Source: Octopus sinensis (lineage: Eukaryota). From it: a stretch of DNA of 64,000 nucleotides. The notes below the pieces were generated by a model. That model was given only the letters and a program-made list of their open reading frames with translations, made no database searches and was not told the origin of the DNA. Location of the stretch: contig NC_043007.1 of assembly GCF_006345805.1 (NCBI RefSeq), positions 53,444,001-53,508,000 of the forward strand, read 5' to 3'. Below are positions 1-12,164 of this stretch, one piece after another (position 1 is the stretch's first letter; every line of letters starts with the position of its first letter). The translations under genes and the position numbers were made by a program.

Positions 1-3000
1 CAGGACTAAGAGGACGACCAGCATGGAGAAGAAGGATCTGGAAGCTTAACCCTTTCGTTACTATATTTCTGACCAAAATACACCCCTCATGAGTTTCAAT
101 TAAATTATAAAATAATCATGAATTTAGGTTTGTTTCATTAAATAACTAACTTTTTTACTTATCAACATATTAATGTGATATTAGGAACATAATTAAAGAA
201 AGGGTTCTTAATCAATTGCATAACTTTTGTCTCAAAGTGACTTTAATTACAGGTAAATCCAGGTAAATTGAGCAAAAGGTAAAAATATTAAAATTTTAAA
301 TTGAGCAAAAGGTAAAAATATTAAAATTTTGTTTAAACATCACCATAGAAAATGAATCATCAGCTAATATTCAAATGGGTATGCAACAAAATTTTGATAA
401 AGAAGAATTGTGCACATCACTAGATCATCAGTTGAATTTAATGCACAACGGGTGTACCATAAAGGTGGAATAAAGTGAAATACTGGAATCCACCGCAAGT
501 TTGACCGAACTAAAGAAATCGGTCAAAATATAATATACGGCCCTGGTTATGGTATAGAAGTGATAAATTCCAGACCACACCGTTCCCTAGGCCATGCTGA
601 CTAACATTATTTTCCCTGTATAAAAACTAAATCCACGCAGTACCCCTATTTTCCGTTGAAAAAGCTTTAAATTCGGAATCAATGCTTGATAACATGAAAC
701 TCCTATCCATTTTCAAAGTTGAAGAAAATCCATGCCAAAAAAATTTTGGAAAAAAATCTCCCAAAATTCAGGGAATTAAAATTACATATCGATCGTTGTA
801 GACAACTGTAGATGAACTGTATACGAAGTATAATCATATGTTTTCACGAATGTACTAACGAGATTTGCTCTGATATTCTCATTTAAATATGAATAGGTAA
901 TTACGGGCGGCTTGGTCACATGAACCAAAATTTTTTTCGGGCGGCTTTGAGCGGTTTGGTAACAAAAGGGTTAAAGATCCTGCGAATGGACAGAGACTTA
1001 GGGACATATTACTTGAAGCCGTTGACGAAGTAGAAGGGGATATAGCTACACATGGGGTAGAAGACAACTAGAGGTTTCTAAGGGACAACCTGCTGAGAGC
1101 CACTGACCAGATCTGTGGCTGGTGCAAAGTCCCCTCTCGACCCAAAATAACGTGGTGGTAGAACAATGTTGTAGACAGGGCTATTAGAGAAAAGAGACAG
1201 GCTTGGAAGGACTGGAAAAATGGTGGTAGCAGGGAATTGTAGCAGACTACCAAAAGAGAAGCTAGGAGACAGGTTTATTTAGCCAGAAGGGAAGCAGATA
1301 AGAAAAAATTTGCCAATGTTCTGCACCATGAGGACCAAAGACTTAAGGTATTCCGTGTTGCAAGACAGTGTGTGAGAGAGAATCGTGATGTGGTAGGAGA
1401 GAAATGTGTTCGCATGGATGATGGCTCACTTGCGCTGAATAAGGATGCAAAGAGAGAGGTTTGGAGACACCATTATGAGAGGCTACTAAATAAGGAAAAT
1501 GAATGGGATAAAGAGAGTCTGCCGAATGTCGACCTAACAGAGGGACCAGCTATCCGAGTTGACAGTTCCTTAGTAGTTAAGGCAATTTGAAGCATGAAGA
1601 CAGGGAAAGCCCCAGGCCCATCAGAAATTACTGCAGAGATGCTTAAAATATCTGGTAGTGTTGGCTATAGCCTAGTCACCCGTATAGTTAACCAGGTGAT
1701 ACACGAAGGAGTCATACCCAATGACTGGTGTAGCAGCATAATAGTCAACTGCTACAAAGGTACCTGGCTTTCGTTGACATGGAGAAAGCTTTTGACAGGG
1801 TCCCCCGATCCCTTATCTGGTGGTCAATGAGGAAACTAGGGATAGATGAATGGTTAGTGAGAGCTGTGCAAGCCATGTACAGAGACGCTGTAAGTAAGGT
1901 GAGGGTTTGCAATAAGTACACTAAAGAATTCAGGGTAGAAGTAGGGGTCCACCAAGGTTCAGTCCTCAGCCCCCTCCTATTTATCATAGTCCTCCAGGCA
2001 ATAACGGAGGAATTAAAGACAGGATGCCCCTGGGAGCTCCTATATGCTGATGACTTTGCTCTAATTGCTGCGTCACTAGCAGAACTAGAGGCAAAGTTTC
2101 AAGTATAGAGACAAGGATTAGAATCGAAGGGCCTTAAAATCAACCTAGCTAAAACCAAAGTCCTAATATGTAGGAAGGCAGGCAAATCACAAACGCCTTC
2201 AGGTAGATGGCCCTGCTTGATCTGTAGAAAAGGCGTAGGTAGAAACTCTATAAGATGTACCAAGTGTAAGCTATGGACACATAAGAGGTGCAGCAATGTC
2301 AAAGGAAGGCTAACTGAGAAGATAGTTTTTGTATGTGGCAGATGCTCAGGAGCAATAAACACTGAAAATGCGCAGAGACCAACTTCCGCCACATTCCAGG
2401 GAGAAAAACTAGAAATTGTTGATAGCTTCCGTTACCTAGGTGACCAAGTCAGTAGCGGGGGCAGGTGTGCTGAAAGTGTAACTAGTAGAGTAAGAATAGC
2501 CTGGGCAAAGTTCAGAGAGCTCTTACCTCTGCTGGTGACAAAAGGCCTTTCGCTCAGAATAAAAGGCTGACTGTATGACGCATGTGTATGAACAGCCATG
2601 CTACAGGGCAGTGAAACATGGACCGTGACTGCTGAGGATATGCCTAAGCTCATAAGAAATGAAGCCAGTATGCTCCGATGGATGTGTAATGTCAGTGTTC
2701 ATACTCGACAGAGTGTAAGTACCTTGAGAGAAAAGTTGCACCTAAGAAGCATCAGTTGTAGTGTGCAAGTGAGACATTTGCGCTGGTATGGTAATGTGGC
2801 GAGAATGGATGAAGATAGTTGTGTGAAAAAGTGCCACACCCTAGCGGTTGAGGGAACCTGTGGAAGAGGTAGACCCAGGAAAACCTGGGTTGAGGTGGTG
2901 AAGCACGACCTTCGAACTTTAGGTCTCACCGAGGAAATGACCAGAGACCGAGACCTTTGGTAGTATGCTGTGCGTGAGAAGACCCGGCAGGACAAGTGAG

Positions 3001-3420
3001 ACCATAACCCGTGGCCTCTACCTGGGATGTAGCCAGTCCACTTATGCATACCTTTCGTTCTTGGGACACAAACCCTACTTGTGAAGACCTGTTGAGGCAA
3101 GTGAAAATCAAAATCAAAATCGATCAACATCAATGGAAATTGTAGCTGTGATACCAGTGCCAGTGGCACGTAAGAGAACCATCCGAACGTGGCCGTTGCC
3201 AGCACTGCCCCAACTGGCCTCCATGCCGGTGGCACGTAAAAAGCACCATCCGATCGTGGCCGTTTAGCTTGTCTCGCACCTGTGCAGGTGGCACGTAAAA
3301 AGCACCCACTACACTCACGGAGTGGTTGGCTTTTGGAAGGTTCTGACTTTCCAGACCCCAGGTGAACTGTCCAACCCATGCTAGAATGGAAAACGGACGT
3401 GAAACAATGATGATGATGTG
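1..3420 (+). mobile_element. RTE-clade LINE, decayed, 3' end intact; interrupted by a piggyBac-type MITE at 50-970
   Basis: RT motifs in broken ORFs 1372-2963 (KAFDRVP, GVHQGSVLSPLLF, LLYADD, FRYLG, RWYG, GRGRPRKTW). In-frame stops/frameshifts and an internal deletion near 1765 relative to the copy at 55149-55661. 3' UTR ends ...CCAACCCATGCTAGAATGGAAAACGGACGTGAAAC + (GAT)n. Confidence 0.93.
50..970. mobile_element. Non-autonomous piggyBac-like element (MITE), 921 bp
   Basis: TTAA at 46-49 and 971-974. Termini CCCTTTCGTTAC (50-61) and GTAACAAAAGGG (959-970) are 11/12 inverted. Removing the element restores GGAAGCTTAA(A/G)GATCC, as seen in the paralogous LINE near 56385. No transposase ORF. 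Confidence 0.92.
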
Positions 3421-3686
3421 TATATATAAATATATATATAATGTATATATATATATATCAATTTATCAATATTAGGGTAGCAAAAATTTCAATACAAATT
3501 ATTTTGCCACCAGCGGTCTAGTGAGAAAGGGGAAATAGTCAGAGACTATTAATAAATTCAACAACAAATTGAGGAATGGCCATAATAGGCCGTTCGACCC
3601 AATAGAAAAAGAAGCCAGGGCTCCAACCGCAAATAGTAGTAATTCCAGAATCAGATGAAAAATTAAAAAACATTTACCCTATTCAT

Positions 3687-3787
3687 CTTTAGACAATGCA
3701 TTGTTTCAGCGTTTTTTAATGGTAAACCAGCCTGATTAAATTAAATCAATTCAATCTTCCAAAGCCCAACACAATTCATCAGTAAAG
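3687..3787 (-). ncRNA. Type I hammerhead ribozyme-like fold (long, degenerate stem II)
   Basis: Minus strand: CUUUA-CUGAUGA-[~68 nt]-GAAA-CAAUGCAUU-GUC-UAAAG. Stem I CUUUA/UAAAG is perfect, stem III is the palindrome ACAAUGCAUUGU, stem II base is poorly paired. Confidence 0.55.
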
Positions 3788-3873
3788 GAGCCAGGAGGGA
3801 GAGAAATTACACAAGGCAGCTACCTTAATGCCTCGGCAATATCTGACCTAAAATTTTCAAAATCATCGTACTC

Positions 3874-3973
3874 NNNNNNNNNNNNNNNNNNNNNNNNNNN
3901 NNNNNNNNNNNNNNNNNNNNNNNNNNNNNNNNNNNNNNNNNNNNNNNNNNNNNNNNNNNNNNNNNNNNNNNNN
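3874..3973. other. Assembly gap (100 N)
   Basis: Run of N. Confidence 1.
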
Positions 3974-6900
3974 CTCGTGAGCTGAAACTAGATAAAATAA
4001 ATTTTTTAAAATAATAAATATATATATATATGTTATCATCATCATTATCATTAATGTCTATTCCATGCTGGAATGAGTTGGACAGTTTGACAAGATCTGA
4101 TGTGTTTGAGGAATGTTTGGTTTGGCACAGTATCAAAGGCTGGATACCCTCTTTAACACCAACCACTTTACAGCATGTACTGGGTGCTTTTCTCATGGAA
4201 CTAGCAGCCTTACAAGACTAAGATCTCCATTGGAGTGGGGCTACAATAGAGTGGGAAACAGCTCTATGCTTAAGGATGAGAGATTAAAGTATGAAAGAAG
4301 ACGCCAATACAGAATCAGTTTAGGAGCTATATATCCACTCACATTGTAAAAGAGAAAGTGGGAGTGATCATGGTGCAGATGGAAAGGGATAAAAATAGTT
4401 GTGATGAATTTATTGGATAGCAGTTTCTGAACTTGATGCTGAACTGCTTTTGGCTTGCATATTACTTGTACAATACAGGTAATTCATTTGCTGTTGATGT
4501 CCAGTTATAATTTGAACAATGCTATGAGTGCCTTGATCATGAGCAAAGAAACAATTGCCAATGTTTAAGTGTAGCTGCATACTGTTGTCCCATTTACTCT
4601 CTGTCCACTGCTACATGCATCCACTCAACCTGGTAGTGGTTGATTGTAAAAAAAAAATAAAGACAACAAAAGAATTTTCCTCTATACTGCAGTAACTCTA
4701 CTTGTTCATGGTTCAATCCGATGTGCATCACTACTTTCAGTAAGTGGATCTGAAAAGCATATCCAATACACATTAGATCAGCCAGCATGTTATGCTGTGC
4801 ATTGTACACTTCCTCATATTTCAGCGAGGATAATGAATTATTGGAGAAATAAAATGAAGGCAAGTGAAATCTATCACTTTTATCTGGAAACTTTTGTTTT
4901 CTCCTTGTTCTTTTTGAACATGTTCTATGAAATGAAAATGCTACAATCACTTTCACTGGTTGACTGATATGCAGTTGTACTGAGGATTTTAATGTAGAAC
5001 GAAACAAACTGGATGATGAAGGCAAATGGCAGATGAACAAGCAGTAGGACACTGAATATATTAAGGACAACCAGTTGGGTGGGGACAAACCAAACAATAA
5101 AGAAATTTGCCACAACATATGAAGGATTTAGTGATCAATGAAACTGAAGATCTTTTTACCAATTTTCAGCAAAAATTCATTCTTGGTTTGCATTGAAATT
5201 TGCTCAAAACTTCAATGCTAATTTTTGGCCAAAAAAAAATGTAAATAATGGAAGAAACCTTCCTGTATTAATCCCAAATGTGATCAGAATCTCAACACTT
5301 TTGCTCTCAAATTTATGACAGACAAATCAGCAAAACTTGAATGTGACCTGAAGGAAGAGTATCATGGAATGAAGTGTCTCACTGAATGGGAATTATGCAT
5401 CATTGATTGAATTACTTGCGTTTTTGCAACCTAACAGAGATTTTATATCATTTTGTATTTTGTTATGGCCAGGCTCCAATCCGAGTCACAGCAATGAAGT
5501 CCACCCGCCACACTATCATCACTGCCTCTAGGTCCTGGTTACATTCCAGGCCAGTGTCTGTAATGAATTTGCCAATGTCTAACGTTTTCCTCTTCTTACA
5601 TCATCATGAAATGGGTTCCACAAGACTAATTTGGATGCCTCTAGTTCAGGGTGGCACACGTAGTGACCAGATAGTTGCAACCATCATTGCCAGATGTTCT
5701 TGTTAACTTTCAGCAGGTCTCCATAAAGGCATTACTTTGTTATATGTTGCCGCCATTTCATATTTAGGGCCATTCGTAGCATCCTTTTATCCTATCTGAT
5801 AATTTCTCTTCAGTGTCCATGTTTCACTGAGATGCCTTCTTTGAACTTTTTTTAAACTGATTCACATCATTTTAACAGTACCTGCAAGCAGTGTGACCTG
5901 TGAATACAGTTTTCCTAAGCTGCTGGTGATCAAGATTTATCGGTGGAATTCAATGAAGAACAACAGACTGGACAATTTAGGCATAATTGTCATGAAAATC
6001 AGACTCCTTATTACAATGTCCTTCGTTTTACAGGAAAAAAACGAAAATGATGAATTGCTGTCGTGTATGTTCAGTTACTACAATATACATTGTAACTGTA
6101 ATTAAACGGAGAAACAACTGTGAATTGGATTGATTAATAAACAGAACCTAAAATTTTTATTTATATTAACATTTATATAAACTTTATCCTCATAGCTCTC
6201 GGACTGCAGCTTGCCAGGATTGGTACAAAATGTTTGACACCACTGATGATATGTCTTATGTCCGGAGAAAAGACAAGATAACCATGAGGGGAATGCCTAT
6301 GACCATAGGCTTGCTCAATCAGGGCTGACATGGACTATTTAATAACAGAAACATACCCTGCCGTTCTCATTCACATACAACCACCATCTGGAAACATATA
6401 TACTAACGTTTCACAAATATCAGTAAAAGCGGAAATCAACACACTTGATTTTACGCCACTAATGTGTTATTTAAAAAAAGTATATCTTAATAGACACCAA
6501 AATAAATGGCAACTGTTTTTTTTTTTAAATCATAATTAAAACTAGTGTCTACTGCGATTTGATGCGAATTTGAATTCTAATCAATGAAGTGGTTTATTAG
6601 TTACAAAACTTATTAGAATCACAGTTAGTTGAAATAACGAGTTATTCAAATCGCATCAATGTACCAAAGCAGGGGGGGGGGCTTCAAAAAAATTTTTTTT
6701 TTAAACTTTTCCATGGGGATATAACAGATAAGTCAAAAAATATACAATTTATTTTTTTAAATAGTCCAAAATTTCAGTTTTAAAAAGTCTTTCCATGAAA
6801 GAAGACAAAGCAAGCTGAAGAGAATTCTTTGCGTACAAAAGTACAAACATAGCAAAAAAAAATCTATGATGACGTCTGATGAATGGTTTGAGTAATTCTG

Positions 6901-7332
6901 GTTCACATCCCTAGATCTACGGTTGGCTTTAATTTTCTGTGATACAGGAAAATGTTATCAAAGGAAGCATTGGTCATAAATTCTTCAATACACAATACCA
7001 AAAGCATTTCTTCAAATTCGATTGAATAGATACTACAAAGCTTCATAATCAAAGACTAGATGCACCCACCCTATCGTGTCACAGCATGGACATCCTATGT
7101 GTACATACATAAAACAAAGAGGGGAATTAAGTTGGGATGTTATTAAACCCACTACATCAGTATCACAAAAGTTAGCTACGGCAATCAAACACATTTTTAA
7201 AACTTTATACGAACTGGTAAAAAGAAAAGAGACATACATTAAGCTCAGGAGAATATCTACCAACAACAGCCTTAACCTAAACACTTTTTTCACAGTTAAG
7301 AAGCGAATGTTCGATTGAAAAATACGACTGAC

Positions 7333-7623
7333 CTTTCTGTGATCCTTTCCTCTGTCTCTGGACTTATTACACCTTTCCCGATCCACAGTACTCCTGGATT
7401 GAGATGACGAAGATACGGCTCTGTTGTTCTCTGTGCACAGAGAAGTATATGATGAGGATTCAGTAGCAACTGAAGTTGACGATTCGACCAAATTATAGCG
7501 ATCATATGGGTCGTCTTTTTCGAGGCCGATATTGCAGCGGGTGTCATACTGTCGTAAGTAGCGGCTTCCTCGTTCCAATCTGGATTGTGTCACGCTCTTG
7601 AGGCCCTTCCTAAACGACATGGC
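7333..7623 (-). CDS. Possible exon of an unidentified Ser-rich protein (MSFRKGLKSV...RDRGKDHRK)
   Basis: Open frame from ATG at 7620, TACAG just upstream, AAG|GTCAGT donor at 7332-7327, CpG-rich, TGCGCATGC (NRF1-like) at 7815-7823. No recognisable domain. Confidence 0.25.
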
Positions 7624-8246
7624 CTGTACCTAACTGACTATACGTAATGGTTTGTTGTGATTTCTGCACTTACTGATGACATGGAAAATAAACTTAGTAA
7701 GTGAAACATTACTGCTAATTCACTAGTAGGCACAACCAGTCAGCGCGTACTAATTACAGAACAAATATGTGTACACATTGATCTTAAACAGGCTTCCTGC
7801 TATGTAGAAGCGTATGCGCATGCTTAAAGGAACAGTTTGAGACAGTCGTGGTGATCTCCCTTAGATTTATTGTATTAGCAGTCGAACGTTTTCATGTAAA
7901 GTATTTATAGTCATTGTATGAAAATTAAAACCGCAGATTTATAGACGAAGAGACATATGAGAATTTTTGGCGTTCTCAAAGGAAATAGAAACAATATCGC
8001 GAACACGGATAGACGGGAGCTATTTCTTGCTGAAAAATATTCGCTACCTATGATTCACTGTTTACATTATTACGGGAGAGTACAAGTCTACGATCTACGT
8101 TCCAGGTTCAGTTTCTGATTGAAGATATTTCGCTAGCACAGCTAATGTACATGGAAAAGAACTTCCACAATGTACTACAATCAATAGTACTGAATTCTTA
8201 CATTACGCAAGGTTTAGTTTTTTATCTATAATATTTTTTCTGCTAA

Positions 8247-8652
8247 GGGCGGCGTGCTGGCAGAATCGTTAGCACGCCAGGCGAAATGTTTAGCAGTATT
8301 TCGTCTGCCGTTACGTTCTGAGTTCAAATTCTGCCGAGGTCGACTTTGCCTTTCATCCTTTCGGGGTCGATTAAATAAGTACCAGTTACGCACTGGGCTC
8401 GATATAATCGACTTAATCCGTTTGCCTGTCTTTGTTTGTCCTCTCTGTGTTTAGCCCCTTGTGGGTAGTAAAGAAATAGGTATTTCGTCTGCCGTTACGT
8501 TCTGAGTTCAAATTCCGTCGAGGTCGACTTTGCCTTTCATCCTTTCGGGATTGATCAAATAAGTACCAGTTACTCGCTAGGGTCGATGTAACCGACTTAA
8601 ACCCTTGTTTGTCCCCTCTATGTTTAGCCCCCTGTGGGCAATAAAGAAATAA
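8247..8652 (+). mobile_element. tRNA-derived CORE-type SINE, dimeric
   Basis: A-box-like TGGCAGAATCG, B-box-like GAGTTCAAATT, central GCCTTTCATCCTTTCGGGGTCGATTAAATAAGTACC. The second monomer (from ~8480) repeats the 3' two-thirds. Same family at 47671. Confidence 0.85.
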
Positions 8653-9336
8653 ATATTTTTCTGCAACGGTTTATGTAAGTGACATTAACTGTGGAACGAA
8701 AGTGGAGAAGTAATTTGTTATACACATAATATTTATATTCGTAAAATAAGGTCTGATAAAGTAAAGAATGTAATCAAAGACAATATATTATAGACTTAAA
8801 TCATCTCATACGAAATGTCCCGGACTTCCTCCTCTGCTGCCATTCTTTCCGTTCCAGTCCATTGATCTTCGTGCGCTTGAGGTTTTTCTAGAATACACGC
8901 CGCCGGGTGTTTTTCAGTCGGCTTTTTCTCTGTGCTCATAGAAGTATATGACGGATTCAATAGCAGCTGAGGTTAGCGATTCGACCGAATTATATAGCGA
9001 CCACACTGGTCGTCTTCGGCGAGGCCACGGTAATCATTGCATGCCGAGTACCAGGCAAACGTAAAATGGAACCTTCGTACGAAACAGAAACATAACCAAG
9101 GTGTTTTGCAGTGGCTGGGATTTGCTTCGCAGAAGTATTTTTACATTTGTAGTTCCATCTTGCTAGGTGACTTTGAGGATCGTCATAGATATAGTTTGTA
9201 AATTATATCTTGCTTCTTGGTCACTTTTCCATGCTTCAACAATACAAAACCGTCGGCAGATCAATTGCTAGGTATAGCCGGAGCTTATGTCACCACTGAC
9301 GTTTTGGTTATTCAAATTTGATACATGTGTACAGTC

Positions 9337-9558
9337 ACCGGAAGTAACTTGCACGGACACCGGAAATACATCTGCCATCACCAGAGAAAACAAAGCAACT
9401 ACCCCCAGCGACTTGCCTGACCTTTCATTGGACAAAAGCTACCTACCTGCCATTCTATTGGACACTGGCTAAACATCACTGCTGATATTTTTGTATAAAT
9501 AGACATAAATCGCTGTAAAACCAGTTGGCTTTTTGGCACATGATATACTGCGGTGAGT
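9337..9558 (+). promoter_or_regulatory. Candidate core promoter with short first exon
   Basis: ETS-like ACCGGAAGT (9337) and ACCGGAAAT (9359); ATTGG at 9427 and 9457; TATAAATA at 9494; Inr-like CCAGTT with A at 9523; donor CG|GTGAGT at 9553. Confidence 0.5.
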
Positions 9559-9729
9559 TATTTATATGTCTGTTTTTGAATATTTTGATTACGAATCTGT
9601 AAGTGTTGAACTTTTGTTGAAAATTGTTGTTTGAACTTTGAACGTCTGGTGTTTAACCACGGAGGGGAAAGTGCTGTGCGTTGTAGCAAACAAAAAAAAA
9701 AAAACAATTTTTGAAAGTGAACGAATATT

Positions 9730-12160
9730 TTGTCTGAAAAAATGTTTGAAACACTATCTGACGAAGGTTCGCCTTCTAGAGAAACTGCAGTAGGTTCGCC
9801 TACATTGAAAGTTGTTAAAAGTTCGTCTTTAAAAGAAACTGTAATAGATTCGCCCAAATTGAAAGATGTTGAAGGTCCGCCTTCTGGTGAAGCTGTGAAA
9901 ACAGACAAAGTTAGTGAAGGTTCACCTTCCAAAGGAAAAAGTGAAACAACTTACAACTCCGCAGCCGACGCTGGAAGAAAAACTGAAGAAATCAAAATGG
10001 AAGAGATAGATTTTGAAAATTATAAAACTATGTTCACAAGGGAGGGGAACAATATAAAAGCAACCCTCCCACAAGAAATTAAAGACAGTACTCTAAAAAG
10101 AATAATAATATATAAATCATATATTATAAAAGAAAAGAAAATCAAGAAAGTGTCGAAGGAACAGAGGGAAAAATGCCTTCATCCAATATGGCACGATGTA
10201 GACTACGTGACGTGGGGGAAAAAGTACGCCACAATAGCGGTGTACTTCAAAGAGGAAGAAATGGCTAAAAAGCATTCACTAACCCCGATTAAAACCAGCG
10301 ACATAATCCTCCTACCTTCATATTTGGGGCGAAGAACATCCAAAATACGGATAGAAGATATTCCCCCAGAAATAGAGGTGAATTGGTTAATAGGGTGGAA
10401 AAGAAAATAAATGTAATAAACATCACTAAGATCCAAAAAGAAAACTGGAGAGGACAGGCGGCCCCAGAAACTCTGGAGGAGGTCCCGGAGAACATCAATT
10501 TCGACGAGGAAATAAACTTGCGGGTGGTGGTGGAGGGGCGAAAGCCGAGATGCTATGAGTGTGGCGAAAAGGGCCACATCCATATGGAATGCCCCACCCG
10601 CAAGAAAGAGGAAGATAAAAGAAGGGCAGAAGAAGAGGAGAAGGGAACAAAACCAAAGGAAGATGAAAATGCCTTCATGCTGGTGAGGCAAAAGAAAGAA
10701 CAATGACGTAAACCCACCCATCCCATGTACAAACAAAAAGAAAACAAACACACGGGGAGAAAATCTACCCCACCCAACCATGGTTCTCCACAAAAAGGAG
10801 GAAAAAAAGAGAAGACCCCCCAGCCCAACCCGAACCACCCCCACCCCCAGTACCGAGCAATTCCCTCCCCTCCCAAACTATTCCCCGTGTCCCCCCCATC
10901 ATACTCCCCGTGCCCCCCCCATCATACTCCCCGTGTCCCCCCCCCCATCATACTCCCCGTGTCCCCCCCGATCATACTCCCCGCTGTCCTCCCCATCACC
11001 CCCACAAAGCCCAAAAAAGAAAATAATAGAATTCAAGACAGTATTCGCAAAACAGTATTAACAAAACAAAAAGACAAAATCCCAACGGCACACAAAATCC
11101 AGACACATAGGGTACTCCCCAAAAATGTCGATGTTTACAAAATTGACAGGATGAATTTTAATATTATAAGAGAGGAGTACCCGGGGGACATTAATGGTCC
11201 GCGACTCAACCTGCACGAGTCACTATACAAAGCGGACATCCCCCCACGACCAACAGAAAAGAAAAACAACTAAAAGGTAGGTAATGTCTCGTATTTATGT
11301 AGGGTGTATAAATGTACGTGGCCTGATGTCGAACTGGAAGCAAGGGCGCCTCCTAAATGACATCAGGTCACGAGATTTAGATGTTGTTGTTGCCACAGAA
11401 ACCTGGTTAAAGGGGCCAAGAGATCTGCTCCCGCTGCTCGGCGGTTACGAGGGAATTATCTCTCTGAGCCGTTCGTCCGGCGGAAGCGGGGTGTTGGTCC
11501 TGTGTAAAAAGAACCGGGTTTCTGAGAAAAAGTTGATTTTTTCAGATCCAGAAGGTAGGCTGGTCATCGTTGATTTGATGTTCAGTAGTCTTAAGACTAT
11601 CAGGCTGGTTGCGATTTACGCACCCTGTAAGATAGGGGAACAAAGTGATTATTTTCGGAACCTTGGAAAGTTTCTGAGTACATCGCACCCTTTAGTAATT
11701 TTAGGAGACTTCAACACAATCTGCGATGCACGGGTAGACTGTGAAGGCTCGCGTACAGATGGGAAAGGAAATGCTTGCTTCCAGGATCTACTAAGACGTT
11801 TTGAGCTGGTAGATTCATATAGACTGTAACATCCGAACACTCCATTGTGGACATGGTCAAGCAGCAACGGATCTTCCAAGTCATACATAAACAGGATACT
11901 AATTAGAAAGGTAGATAGAAAACTAGCTAAGAGTCCACAGCTCCACATGGTCAGCTACAGTGACCACAAGATAGTCAACTGTAGGCTAGACATAGATAAG
12001 ACGAATAGAGGTCCTGGTTGCTGGAAACTTAATGTCCCTCTTGGCGATTAAGGAGTACAGTGACAGGATTAGGTTAATGATTCAGAGGGCCATGACCGGA
12101 TCCATTATTAACAACAAATGGTGGTATGCCCTCAAGCGAGCCATCAGATACAAGTCTCAG
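9730..12160 (+). mobile_element. L1/Tx1-clade non-LTR retrotransposon, 5' portion (broken ORF1 + endonuclease of ORF2), 3'-truncated
   Basis: ORF1 pieces 9742-10410, 10383-10706 (CCHC knuckle CYECGEKGHIHMEC) and 10725-11273. ORF2 ATG at 11284 with APE motifs INVRGL, ATETW, IYAP, LGDFN, SYSDH, GPGCWKLN. Stops/frameshifts present; ends abruptly at a Helitron. Confidence 0.85.
10885..10985 (+). repeat. ~24-bp C-rich minisatellite (CCCCCCATCATACTCCCCGTG) x4 inside the L1/Tx1 ORF1 region
   Basis: Four adjacent near-identical units visible. Confidence 0.85.
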
Positions 12161-12164
12161 GATA

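Noticed and set aside
4380-5950. Possible very old Gypsy integrase relic on the minus strand (WPGM-like and WRVDF-like fragments) and the 174-aa ORF 4594-5118
   Set aside because: Motifs appear only across multiple frameshifts; too degenerate to support without a profile search.
6242-6333. C/D-box snoRNA-like UGAUGA...CUGA
   Set aside because: Non-purine before box C, only a 3-bp offset terminal stem, and no recognisable rRNA antisense element.
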